The notes under the pieces: generated by a model
What the model was told of the DNA's origin: nothing
Databases searched by the model: none
What the model saw: the letters and a program-made list of their open reading frames with translations, nothing else
Part shown: in pieces, positions 19,944 through 29,156 of the stretch
Layout of the letters: every line of letters begins with the position of its first letter
How positions within the stretch are numbered: position 1 is the first letter of the stretch
Assembly: GCA_038244885.1 (NCBI GenBank)
Contig: JBBRTA010000002.1
Span: forward strand, 6,436-70,435
Source: Candidatus Saccharimonadales bacterium
GTDB taxonomy: Bacteria; Patescibacteriota; Saccharimonadia; Saccharimonadales; Saccharimonadaceae
DNA length: 64,000 nt
Reading direction: 5' to 3'
Made by a program: the position numbers and the translations under genes

Positions 19944-21826
19944 CTTAGCACGGCTTTGATACGCCGAATACCGGCACCGCTTGATTCTTCTTTGAGGATT
20001 TTGAACGTCTTGCCTCCATCAATCAGTTCACTGGTGTGATCGACATGGGGGCCGCCGCAAATCTCGAAACTGAAGCGATTGTCACTATTGCCTATTTGGT
20101 AGACTTTGGCGCTGTCGCCGTAGGTATCGCCGAAAGCGCCAATTGCGCCCATGTCAAAGGCCTCTTTGACCGGATATTCCTTGAAGCTGACGGGCAAATC
20201 AAGCGCGATTTGTTCGTTGACGATCCGCTCAACCTCGTCAAGCTGTTCTTGAGTGGTTTTTTCAGGATGATTAAAGTCGAAACGCAGACGATCCTCGGTG
20301 ATGTTGCTGCCGTGTTGCGTGACGTGGTCACCGAGCACTTGCTTGAGGGCGGCATACATCAAATGCGTCGCAGTGTGATACTTGCGGTGCTGCAAGGTTT
20401 GTCCGCTCAGTCCACCTTTGAAAGCACCTTTGGCGGCGGTCTGTGAGCGCTGGCGCTGTTCGACCATTTTGGCATCAAATTCAGCACGCCAATTTTCGCT
20501 GAGTTGAACGTTCTGCTTGAAGGCTTCCTCAGTTGACAATTCAACCGGAAAACCGTAGGTATCGTAGAGCTTAAAGAGTTCTGCACCCGTTAGGCCATGG
20601 CTGATAAACTTTTGCAGCTCGTTCAGGCCTTTTCGTAGCGTCTGGCGGAAGACTTTTTCTTCTTTGACGAGCGTCGCAATCACTTCTTCGCGGGCGTTAG
20701 CAACCTCCGGATAATCATCGTGGTACAGGTCGGCAATTACTGGCACGATTTCTTCCAAAAAATTTTGTTCGATACCAAGGTCAAAGGCAAACCGAACAGC
20801 CCGTCGTAGTAAGCGGCGCATGACGTAGCCCTGTTCTTTGTTGGCCGGCTTGATTCCATCAACCGCGAGGAACGTCGCTGCTCGCAAATGATCAGCAATT
20901 ACACGCATGCTTTCGGTATGTGATTCATATTTCTTGCCGCTTAGGGACTGTAGCTTTTCAATAATTGGCCACATAACACTAATTTTAAATACGTCCGGAC
21001 TGCCGATTGCTGCTGCTGCGATACGCTCTAACCCACCGCCAAAGTCAACGTTTTGCTTTTCAAGTGGCGTAAAGCTGCCGTCGTCATTGCGACGATACTG
21101 CATAAAAACTTGGTTGCCAAGTTCCATAAATTGACCGCTATCACTGGCGGGGTGTGCGAGTCCAAAACCATCGGCGTGGTTCTGGGGGCCAAAGTCATAA
21201 AAAACCTCGCTGTCGGGACCACAAGGATCTCCAATCGGAGTTTTCTCTAGTCCACCGCCACGGCTCCACCAGTTTTCGCCATCATCATAAAAGAAAATAC
21301 GCTCACCAGAATTAATACCGCGCACGTCGCCATCGGCTTGGCTGCCGACTTCGACAATCTTAGCTTCTATACCTTTTTCCTGAAAAACCTGCTGCCAAAT
21401 ATTTGCCGCTTCGTCATCCCGGGGAATACCGCGATCAACATTACCAATAAATGCCGTTACGTAAATCTTGTTTGGGTCTAGGCCAACAACGTCTGTCAAA
21501 AATTCAAAAAACCAACGAATTTGTTGTTCTTTAAAATAGTCACCGAGACTCCAGTTACCCAACATTTCAAAGAATGTCGTATGGCGATTATCGCCAATAT
21601 CGTCAATGTCTTGCGCGCGAAGACAGGTCTGACTGTCGACCAGTCGAGTACCATCCTGGTGTAGTTGACCCAGTAGAAATGGCATCAGTGACTGCATACC
21701 GCTACCAGTAAATAATGTCGTTGGGTCGTTTAGCGGAATTAATTTGGCACGCGAAATAATCGTGTGGCCACGTTCTTCAAAAAAATTAAGATATTCGTTG
21801 CGTATTTGTTGTGCGTTCATTGTCAT
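19940..21826 (-). CDS. alaS: Alanine--tRNA ligase, short form (628 aa, lacks the C-terminal C-Ala domain)
   Basis: N-terminus IRNEYLNFFEERGHT, class II core, editing-domain HxxxH (HTATHLM) and CGGPHV motifs; ORF ends soon after the editing domain. Confidence 0.9.
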   Translation of the reverse strand: MTMNAQQIRNEYLNFFEERGHTIISRAKLIPLNDPTTLFTGSGMQSLMPFLLGQLHQDGTRLVDSQTCLRAQDIDDIGDNRHTTFFEMLGNWSLGDYFKEQQIRWFFEFLTDVVGLDPNKIYVTAFIGNVDRGIPRDDEAANIWQQVFQEKGIEAKIVEVGSQADGDVRGINSGERIFFYDDGENWWSRGGGLEKTPIGDPCGPDSEVFYDFGPQNHADGFGLAHPASDSGQFMELGNQVFMQYRRNDDGSFTPLEKQNVDFGGGLERIAAAAIGSPDVFKISVMWPIIEKLQSLSGKKYESHTESMRVIADHLRAATFLAVDGIKPANKEQGYVMRRLLRRAVRFAFDLGIEQNFLEEIVPVIADLYHDDYPEVANAREEVIATLVKEEKVFRQTLRKGLNELQKFISHGLTGAELFKLYDTYGFPVELSTEEAFKQNVQLSENWRAEFDAKMVEQRQRSQTAAKGAFKGGLSGQTLQHRKYHTATHLMYAALKQVLGDHVTQHGSNITEDRLRFDFNHPEKTTQEQLDEVERIVNEQIALDLPVSFKEYPVKEAFDMGAIGAFGDTYGDSAKVYQIGNSDNRFSFEICGGPHVDHTSELIDGGKTFKILKEESSGAGIRRIKAVLS

Positions 21827-21877
21827 CCATTATAACAGAGGTAAGTTTGATACTACAAGCTTCATTTGCAGCGCTCG

Positions 21878-22405
21878 CTAATTAACAGCCACGAAGTAGT
21901 TCATGCCGTACAAACTATCCAGAGTGGTATTACACGTGCCGTCGGTGTCGGTTGTCGAGTGTGGCATCGTTTCCAGATTAGCGTAGACGTACGCTGTTGC
22001 GCCGCAGTCGTATTTCATATAATAAAAACAATCCTGCGACGGATATGTCCCGGAACAACCTAGATTAGTCAACGGGTCGGCGAGCTCCTTTGAAAGATAC
22101 CCACCGTTGATTAAGCATTGGTTTACCGAAAGAAGCGGGCCGGCACCGTCGTAGTCATTCCAATACCAGCCGTTCCCAGTCGCGCAACCCCCTGAGCTAC
22201 TGACAAAATTACCTTTGTCAACACCGTAGAGCTGGAGGGCTTTTGCAATCTGTGCTACATCTTCTTTTCGCTGGGCGTCCCGCGCCTTCGCTTGGATCCC
22301 GCTATAGGCGACAATCGTAATTGCCGCCAGAATGCCGATAACGACGATAACGATAAGGAGTTCAACGATAGTGAAGCCTGTTTGTTTTGCCGACATTTTA
22401 TTCAT
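21878..22405 (-). CDS. Type IV pilin (prepilin-type N-terminal methylation domain)
   Basis: MNKMSAKQTGFTIVELLIVIVVIGILAAITIVAYSG; four Cys in the C-terminal globular part. Confidence 0.85.
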   Translation of the reverse strand: MNKMSAKQTGFTIVELLIVIVVIGILAAITIVAYSGIQAKARDAQRKEDVAQIAKALQLYGVDKGNFVSSSGGCATGNGWYWNDYDGAGPLLSVNQCLINGGYLSKELADPLTNLGCSGTYPSQDCFYYMKYDCGATAYVYANLETMPHSTTDTDGTCNTTLDSLYGMNYFVAVN

Positions 22406-22447
22406 TGCTGATATTTTACCAGCTCTTTATCTTTAAACACAAGCGGC

Positions 22448-23494
22448 TTACGCAATGATAGCGCCGCCGAGGCACTCGTCGCCGTCGTAGAAGACGATCG
22501 ATTGGCCGGCGGCAAGGGCGCGCTGCTGGTCGATAATTTCGAGGTGGGCTGTGCTGTTATCGTCTTGATTGGTAAACAATCGCGCCTGCACCAGTGGTGC
22601 ACGGTGCCGAATCCGAACGCGGTAGAGGCCGTCGTGCGGGACTCTCCCGATCCAGTGCACGGACTGAAGCTTAACGTTAGTTTTCCACAGGTTAGCGTCG
22701 TTCAAATCAGTCGTGACGTACACTTCATTCTTGTCCATATCCTTGCCAACAACGTAGTACGGCAGGCCACCGCCGAGCTCGAGTCCATGGCGCTGACCGA
22801 GCGTGTAAAAGATAGCACCGTCATGATGTCCCAGTACTTTTCTGGTCTGCTTGTCGATAATCTCGCCGGGTACCTGGGTGACGTATTCGCTCAAAAACTC
22901 GCGGATGCCAATCTTACCGACGAAACAAATTCCTTGACTGTCTTTTTTGTGAGCCGTATGTAGGCCTCGCTTCTCGGCCATTTGACGAACCTCCGGTTTG
23001 ACAAATTCGCCTAACGGAAAAAGGGTTTTCGCTAGAGCTTCACTCGTCACGCGATACAAAAAATAGGTCTGATCTTTGTTGGTGTCGATGGCCTGTTTCA
23101 ACACGCTATTGTCAACTCGTGCGTAGTGACCAGTAGCGATAAGGTCGGCACCGTCTTCCAATGCGGCTTCCAAGAATAATTTGAATTTCACTTCTTGGTT
23201 ACACATAATGTCCGGATTAGGAGTGCGGCCATTTTTGTACTCATCTATCATATAGTCGACAACTTTGTGCTTATAGTCGTTCTCAAAATCGTAGACCTTG
23301 AAGTCAATGCCAAGTTGGACGGCTACCCGCTTGGCGTCGGCCAAATCATCTGCCCACGGGCATTTCATGCCAGGAAGATCCTGCGTCCAGTTCTTCATGT
23401 AGACACCCGTCACGTCGTACCCTCGTTCAAGCAGTAGAGCGGCAGTCAGCGAAGAGTCAACTCCTCCGCTCATACCGACGTACACGCGCGTCAC
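22448..23494 (-). CDS. mnmA: tRNA 2-thiouridine(34) synthase
   Basis: PP-loop GMSGGVDSS, catalytic Cys regions (MKCPW, GICFVG), overall MnmA length. Confidence 0.95.
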   Translation of the reverse strand: MTRVYVGMSGGVDSSLTAALLLERGYDVTGVYMKNWTQDLPGMKCPWADDLADAKRVAVQLGIDFKVYDFENDYKHKVVDYMIDEYKNGRTPNPDIMCNQEVKFKLFLEAALEDGADLIATGHYARVDNSVLKQAIDTNKDQTYFLYRVTSEALAKTLFPLGEFVKPEVRQMAEKRGLHTAHKKDSQGICFVGKIGIREFLSEYVTQVPGEIIDKQTRKVLGHHDGAIFYTLGQRHGLELGGGLPYYVVGKDMDKNEVYVTTDLNDANLWKTNVKLQSVHWIGRVPHDGLYRVRIRHRAPLVQARLFTNQDDNSTAHLEIIDQQRALAAGQSIVFYDGDECLGGAIIA

Positions 23495-24093
23495 CTGCTT
23501 ACCTCAAAATTAAGAACGATAATTTTAAAGAATTCGCTGACCGCCAAGGCCCATCCCCGTGGGGTAGTCCACCACCACACCGACCAGTCTTTGTCGCGGG
23601 TGACTGGATGATTGACAACTGTGACGTTACTGTTGAGTTTGTTAAATTCAAGGCTCGCCCGACGCTGGTGATAGCCTGATGTGACCAAAATAATGCTTTT
23701 GATGTTTCTCTCGGTAAATAATGTCTGAGAATTTTCGGCGTTCTGCTTGGTCGTCGCAGACGTTTCATCAAGCAATATTGACGATTTGGGCACGCCCGAT
23801 GCGATGGCGCGGGTTTGCATAGCAGCGGCATTACTTGGACCCGACTTATCTTGGGCTGCGCCAGAGAAAATAAGCGTATCGGACCAGCCATTCTCATAGA
23901 GCCGAATTGCCTCATCGGTTCGGGCATTAGTGTCGCCGCCGCTGACCGCGACGATAGCATCAACCACTAAACAAGGTTTGAGTGCACTGATTTTATCATT
24001 ACAGTTCCGTAGGTCATCAGGCTGCAAATACAGGCTTAGTCCAACAATAATGCCGATGAGTAGGATGGGGACTATAATTAAATATCTCATCAA
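23491..24093 (-). CDS. DUF218/YdcF-SanA-like membrane-anchored protein
   Basis: N-terminal TM; motifs AIVAVSGGD, LIFSG, ILVTSGYHQRRA. Confidence 0.7.
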   Translation of the reverse strand: MMRYLIIVPILLIGIIVGLSLYLQPDDLRNCNDKISALKPCLVVDAIVAVSGGDTNARTDEAIRLYENGWSDTLIFSGAAQDKSGPSNAAAMQTRAIASGVPKSSILLDETSATTKQNAENSQTLFTERNIKSIILVTSGYHQRRASLEFNKLNSNVTVVNHPVTRDKDWSVWWWTTPRGWALAVSEFFKIIVLNFEVSR

Positions 24094-25247
24094 TGCTTAG
24101 TCCTGGCGTATTCGCGGTTCACTTCTTCGATAATGATATCACCAGCAGAAGCAATGTTTTCTTTGCTAGAGAGGTGGCCAAGTGTCAGACGCAGACTGCC
24201 ATCAGCCAACTCTGTCGATAGCCCTATGGCCGTCAGAACATGCGAACGGGTGCCTTTATTGGCGGCGCAGGCACTCCCCGTGGCGACCAGCACTCGCCTA
24301 TTCTCTAAGGCAAAGACTATTCTTTCGGCGTCAAGACGCGGAAACGAGAGGTGGAGGTGCCCCGCCAGGCGGTGCTTGGCGTGACCAGACACGACCGCAT
24401 CGGGAAAGGCCGTCGTTAATTTTACCTGCAGGCCGTCTCTCAACTCTGCGAGGCGGTCAGATTCATATTTGCGATGCTCCGTCACAAGGCTTAAAGCTTT
24501 GCTAAAGCCAATCGTACCGGCGACATTTTCAGTCCCGCTACGCAAGCCGTGCTCTTGGCCGCCACCAACGATCTGCGCTGAAAGCCGAACATGGCTAGCT
24601 ACCCACAACAACCCGACTTGTTTCGGTCCGTATATCTTACCGGCGTTCAGGGTCAGCAGGTCGACCCCCAAACGGGCGGCATTAATATCAATCTGGCCGA
24701 CGCCTTGCGACGCATCGCTGTGAAAATAAATCGGCGTCGTGTCACCGCGCGCCAGGCGGGCTTCGCGTTCGGATTTGATCACCTGCGCGATATCACGAAG
24801 CGGTTGAACCGTGCCGAGTTCATTGTTAGCAATAGCCACGCTGACAAGCTGGGTATCGGGCTTAATTGCGGCCTTGACACTGTCAGCTGACACGAAGCCG
24901 CGAGGATCGGCGTTAATAATTGTGTGGTCACGAGTCTGCATGGCGGCGAGCACGGCGTGGTGCTCGATGTTCGGTACAACCACGTGGCCGCTAGTACCAC
25001 CAAACGCCAGGTTAATCGATTCCGTCGCCCCGGCCGTCATCACAAGCTCGTCGGGTTTTACGCCGATACAACGAGCAAGTACATGCTTTGCCGCCTCGTA
25101 ATCACGACGAACCGTCACAGCGGGCGCGTACGGACTCGAGGGGTTATAGAATTGCTCACTAAAATACGGCTGCATGGCAGCCAGAACTCGACGATCTATC
25201 GGAGTCGCCGCAGCATGGTCAAGGTAAATAAATTCGTCTTCCACCAA
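24090..25247 (-). CDS. Cysteine desulfurase (NifS/IscS class V aminotransferase)
   Basis: PLP-Lys region LNAGKIYGPKQVG, active-site Cys ATGSACAAN, HSDASQ. Confidence 0.9.
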   Translation of the reverse strand: MVEDEFIYLDHAAATPIDRRVLAAMQPYFSEQFYNPSSPYAPAVTVRRDYEAAKHVLARCIGVKPDELVMTAGATESINLAFGGTSGHVVVPNIEHHAVLAAMQTRDHTIINADPRGFVSADSVKAAIKPDTQLVSVAIANNELGTVQPLRDIAQVIKSEREARLARGDTTPIYFHSDASQGVGQIDINAARLGVDLLTLNAGKIYGPKQVGLLWVASHVRLSAQIVGGGQEHGLRSGTENVAGTIGFSKALSLVTEHRKYESDRLAELRDGLQVKLTTAFPDAVVSGHAKHRLAGHLHLSFPRLDAERIVFALENRRVLVATGSACAANKGTRSHVLTAIGLSTELADGSLRLTLGHLSSKENIASAGDIIIEEVNREYARTKH

Positions 25248-25260
25248 GTTATTATATCAG

Positions 25261-25692
25261 TTACTTGATGAGTTTACCGCTCTGCGGGTCACGTTTATAT
25301 ATCTCGCGCATGACGCGTTCGTGATACATCTCTACTGCTATCGATAGGTTTTGCAATTCTTCACCCTTTATATAGTGGTAGAGAGATCCTTCTTGGACTT
25401 TCAGTATCCCCTCAGGGTGGACTTCGTAACGGGTTGTCACGGCGGTGGTTTTTCCATTCGAGCCTTTCCGCTCTTCGTGCCATATCCAGTTTTTTTGATC
25501 TTCGTTAAAAAACTCCCGCCTGTTGCCGGGTGGAATCGGACCAAATAATTTAGCGCCGATTTGGCTTTCCAGTTGGATAAGTTCACGAAGCGTGAGTTCC
25601 CGGAACGGTCGCTTTTTCGATATCTTAAAACTAGGGACCGTCGAGTCGTTGCCAATCAGGAGCGTGAAAGCTTTTTCGAATACATTTTTCAT
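25261..25692 (-). CDS. Hypothetical protein (143 aa)
   Basis: ORF in operon context between cysteine desulfurase and tatD; no motif recognised. Confidence 0.5.
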   Translation of the reverse strand: MKNVFEKAFTLLIGNDSTVPSFKISKKRPFRELTLRELIQLESQIGAKLFGPIPPGNRREFFNEDQKNWIWHEERKGSNGKTTAVTTRYEVHPEGILKVQEGSLYHYIKGEELQNLSIAVEMYHERVMREIYKRDPQSGKLIK

Positions 25693-25708
25693 ATTGAGCT
25701 CCCCCTTC

Positions 25709-26026
25709 CTATGCAGCTTTTGGCATATCCAACATATCTTCTAACTCAGCAGAGACAGTAAATTCAGCGTCGAGCATATAGCTTCGAGCTATGGCAATCC
25801 GAGCACTGCGGCTGCGAATCCCTGCGTGCATAATCTGCTCGGGCGTCGGTGGAACGATAACTTCAGGGAGACTCCCGTACACGGCTACTCGGGCAATGCC
25901 CACCTCGGGGCTGTCAATCCGACTATTTGGTACGCCAATAATCTCAGCACTGTTAGGCTCGGCTTCAGCACCTTGGTCAAGGCTGTATTCAGTTTGGGGG
26001 ATGGTGTATGTAAATTTTTCCTGCAT
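25709..26026 (-). CDS. Hypothetical protein (105 aa)
   Basis: ORF in operon context; ATG 26026 preceded by GAGG about 11 nt upstream. Confidence 0.45.
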   Translation of the reverse strand: MQEKFTYTIPQTEYSLDQGAEAEPNSAEIIGVPNSRIDSPEVGIARVAVYGSLPEVIVPPTPEQIMHAGIRSRSARIAIARSYMLDAEFTVSAELEDMLDMPKAA

Positions 26027-26074
26027 TGTTTTCAAGCCTCAGCTTAGCGTTGATGCGATTTGACGATGTTTGTT

Positions 26075-26821
26075 TTAGAGTGCGAATACCGCATGCGCGT
26101 TTGTGGTTGTCGCTCGGGCAACGTCCTCGAATAGAATATTTCGATTGGTTGCATGATATTGAGCGATATTCTTCACAAATGCTGGCTCGTTTACCTTACC
26201 ACGAAAGGGGGCAGGCGTCAAGAAGGGTGCGTCCGTTTCAAGTAACAATCGACCAAGGGGTATCGTTGTAAAAACAGCTTTTTGTGCTTCGTCGCGCGTA
26301 AAGGTACTGATCCCGTTCACGCCAATGTACAATCCCCGTTCCAACGCCAGATCAAGGTTTTTCTGATCGTCTGTAAAGCTGTGCAACACGCCACGAATTC
26401 CCGAAAAATTATCATATATCGACCAAAAATCGTCGAAGGCTCCGCGGACATGGAAGATAATGGGTAGATTATTTTTCAGAGCCAGTTCAATTTGCCATTC
26501 AAGGGCCCTAATCTGGGTTTCGCGAGGACTATGCGTATAGAAATAATCGAGTCCGATTTCGCCGACCGCCACCAGCTTGTTTGAGCCTACCAGCGACTCA
26601 ATGCCCCGGTAGCCCTCTTTGCTGTCGTGTGGGTGGACGCCAATTGAAGCGAACGCCTCATCGTGTTGGCTGGCGAAATCGATCGCGAGGCGTGAACTTT
26701 CCTCAGTGGTACCGACACAGATTAATCGCTCCACGCCCTGTTCGCGGGCCCGCCCTAGTGTTATCGCGATATCAAGTGGGTAGTCCGCTTCATGAATATG
26801 ACAATGCGTATCGATTAGCAT
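26075..26821 (-). CDS. tatD: TatD-family metal-dependent hydrolase/DNase
   Basis: MLIDTHCHI start motif, GEIGLDY, HVR/HSF His residues; ATG 26821 lies 5 nt after the metG stop. Confidence 0.9.
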   Translation of the reverse strand: MLIDTHCHIHEADYPLDIAITLGRAREQGVERLICVGTTEESSRLAIDFASQHDEAFASIGVHPHDSKEGYRGIESLVGSNKLVAVGEIGLDYFYTHSPRETQIRALEWQIELALKNNLPIIFHVRGAFDDFWSIYDNFSGIRGVLHSFTDDQKNLDLALERGLYIGVNGISTFTRDEAQKAVFTTIPLGRLLLETDAPFLTPAPFRGKVNEPAFVKNIAQYHATNRNILFEDVARATTTNAHAVFAL

Positions 26822-26825
26822 GAGA

Positions 26826-28310
26826 TTAGGCCTTCGGTGCATGCGGGTCTAGCGTGTGAATGTATACCCGTGGAAAGAGCACGCCTTCGTTCGGCACCAC
26901 CACGCCCGTTTCGAACATCTGGTGAATTTTGGCCGCGGTGCCTGGCAAGAACGGCACCAGTAAGTCACCAATCTGCACAAGTGCTCCCACTGCGTAAGCC
27001 AGCACTTCTGTTAGGTGCGCTTCAGATTCGGCGTCTTTGCCGACGGTTTTAGCAATTTCCCACGGTTTGACATTCTCGATGTATTGGTTGAGGCTCCTGA
27101 CCATCAGCCAAACTTCGTCGATTGCTTTATTGAATTCAAGTCCCTCCATAGCTTCGTGATACGTACCCATGTCGTGCTCGCCTTGAGGTGTGTCACCGAT
27201 AACACCCGATTGATACCTGGTAATCATACTGGCGATACGCTGGACGACATTACCGAGGTCGTTGGCAAGCTCGGTGTTATAAGCGGTTTCAAACTTCTCC
27301 CACGTAAAGTCGCCGTCGTCGAGGGTTGGAATATGACGAGAAAAAAAATAACGGAAGGCGTCGAGGCCGTAATGTTCAATCACCTCGTTGGGATTCACCC
27401 CATTACCGAGCGTTTTGCTTTGTTTGACACCGCCCACGTTCACAAAGCCGTGAACGAGTAGTTTTTTAGGCAGAGCCAGGCCGAGCCCCAGCAACATAGC
27501 TGGCCAGATTCCAGCGTGAAAACGTAGGATATCTTTGCCAAGGACCTGGACATCGGCTGGCCAGTACTCTTGCCATCCAGCCTGGTCGGGATAGCCCAGA
27601 ACGGTGATGTAATTGGCCAGCGCGTCGACCCAAACATACATAACCTGCTCGGGGTCGCCAGGCACCGGCACTCCCCAGCTCAGATTCTTTTTCGGACGCG
27701 AAATACTGACGTCCTGTAAGCCATCTTTTATCAGCTCGAGAAATTCCTTTTTGCGGAACTCCGGCACAATCTCCATCGATCCGTCAGCCAGCGCAGCTCT
27801 GATACGGTCGGTAAATGCACTGGTCTTGAAATAATAATTGTCTTCGCTGAGGTGTTGATACGGCTGATTGTGGTCGGGACAGATACCGTTATTGTCGGTG
27901 GCTTCCTTGTCGGTGACGAACGCTTCGCACCCCGCACAATACCAGCCCTCATAGCTGCCCTTATAGATATACGGCTGAAGCTGTTGCCAGATGTACTGCA
28001 CCGCACCAATGTGATGAGCGTCGGTCGTCCGTACAAAATCCGTATAACTAGCGTCAATTTTCTTCATTAACATCTCGAAGTTCAGATACATCTTATCGGC
28101 ATAGGATTGTGGATCAAGGCCAGCCTCGGCAGCCTTCGCGGCAATCTTATTGCCATGCTCGTCGGTGCCGACCTGAAAGCGCACCTCGTGGCCGTTCTGC
28201 TTTTGGTAGCGCGTCCAAATATCAGCGAGGAGATAATCAAGGGCGTGTCCGATGTGCGGCTCACCATTGACGTAAGGTATGGCAGTCGTGATGTATAATT
28301 TTTTTTCCAT
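26826..28310 (-). CDS. metG: Methionine--tRNA ligase (short form without C-terminal tRNA-binding domain)
   Basis: HIGH motif PYVNGEPHIGH, KMSKS-like KQSKT, Cys knuckles CAGCEAF/CPDH. Confidence 0.95.
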   Translation of the reverse strand: MEKKLYITTAIPYVNGEPHIGHALDYLLADIWTRYQKQNGHEVRFQVGTDEHGNKIAAKAAEAGLDPQSYADKMYLNFEMLMKKIDASYTDFVRTTDAHHIGAVQYIWQQLQPYIYKGSYEGWYCAGCEAFVTDKEATDNNGICPDHNQPYQHLSEDNYYFKTSAFTDRIRAALADGSMEIVPEFRKKEFLELIKDGLQDVSISRPKKNLSWGVPVPGDPEQVMYVWVDALANYITVLGYPDQAGWQEYWPADVQVLGKDILRFHAGIWPAMLLGLGLALPKKLLVHGFVNVGGVKQSKTLGNGVNPNEVIEHYGLDAFRYFFSRHIPTLDDGDFTWEKFETAYNTELANDLGNVVQRIASMITRYQSGVIGDTPQGEHDMGTYHEAMEGLEFNKAIDEVWLMVRSLNQYIENVKPWEIAKTVGKDAESEAHLTEVLAYAVGALVQIGDLLVPFLPGTAAKIHQMFETGVVVPNEGVLFPRVYIHTLDPHAPKA

Positions 28311-28379
28311 GTACTCTTATTGTAGCAAACTCCTCAAGCTACCACTACCGGGGCGTCTTAACGTGCCCATAGTGGCACG

Positions 28380-29156
28380 TTAAGAGGTGACAATCCGAGT
28401 CAGACGGGCCCAGTCATCGAGCGACAGCGCTTCGGCTCTAAAATTGGAGCTGATATCCGCCCGTTTCAAAAGACTCTCGACTTCGTCTTTTGGCAGCTTG
28501 AGACCTCCGGAAAGGCTACTGCGCAGCATCTTGCGCTTCGACGAAAAACCAGCTTTCACGACCCGAAAGAAATCCTTTTCTTCGATATCGGTTAAATACA
28601 GTGCGGTGCGGGTACGTAAAATCACCACCTGGCTATCGACTTTCGGTGGTGGCATGAAGAATTCGGCCGGCACGATATCGCCCAGTGTCACATCGGCGAA
28701 CAATTGAGCACTGACTGCTAGAATACTCATGTCGCCGGGTTGGGCGGCGAGGCGCTGAGCAACTTCCTTTTGAACCAGTAGTACGGCGATGCGCGGCTTA
28801 TTATCAGCGGTCATCAATAGTTGAATAATTTTGCTGGTGATATAATACGGCACGTTCGCGACGACACTGTACCCGACTGGCAAGCTAGAGAGGTCAAACG
28901 ACAGAATATCGCTCGTGATGACTTCGAGGTTTTTACCAGGAAACTGCGCCGGTAATTTACGGGCAAGCTCACTGTCAAACTCGACCGCCACTACTTTCTT
29001 GCTGCGGCGAAGTAATTCGCTGGTCAATGTACCCAGCCCCGGACCAATCTCGAGGACGGTCGCATCAGGCGCCAGTTCGGCGCAGTCCGCGATGTGGGCG
29101 AGGACCTCGCGGTCTTTGAGCCAGTGTTGACCAAGCGATTTGTTTGGAGCCGCCAC
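28380..29156 (-). CDS. rsmA: 16S rRNA (adenine1518/1519-N6)-dimethyltransferase
   Basis: LGQHWL, SAM site VLEIGPGLGTLT, NVPYYITS. Confidence 0.9.
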   Translation of the reverse strand: MAAPNKSLGQHWLKDREVLAHIADCAELAPDATVLEIGPGLGTLTSELLRRSKKVVAVEFDSELARKLPAQFPGKNLEVITSDILSFDLSSLPVGYSVVANVPYYITSKIIQLLMTADNKPRIAVLLVQKEVAQRLAAQPGDMSILAVSAQLFADVTLGDIVPAEFFMPPPKVDSQVVILRTRTALYLTDIEEKDFFRVVKAGFSSKRKMLRSSLSGGLKLPKDEVESLLKRADISSNFRAEALSLDDWARLTRIVTS

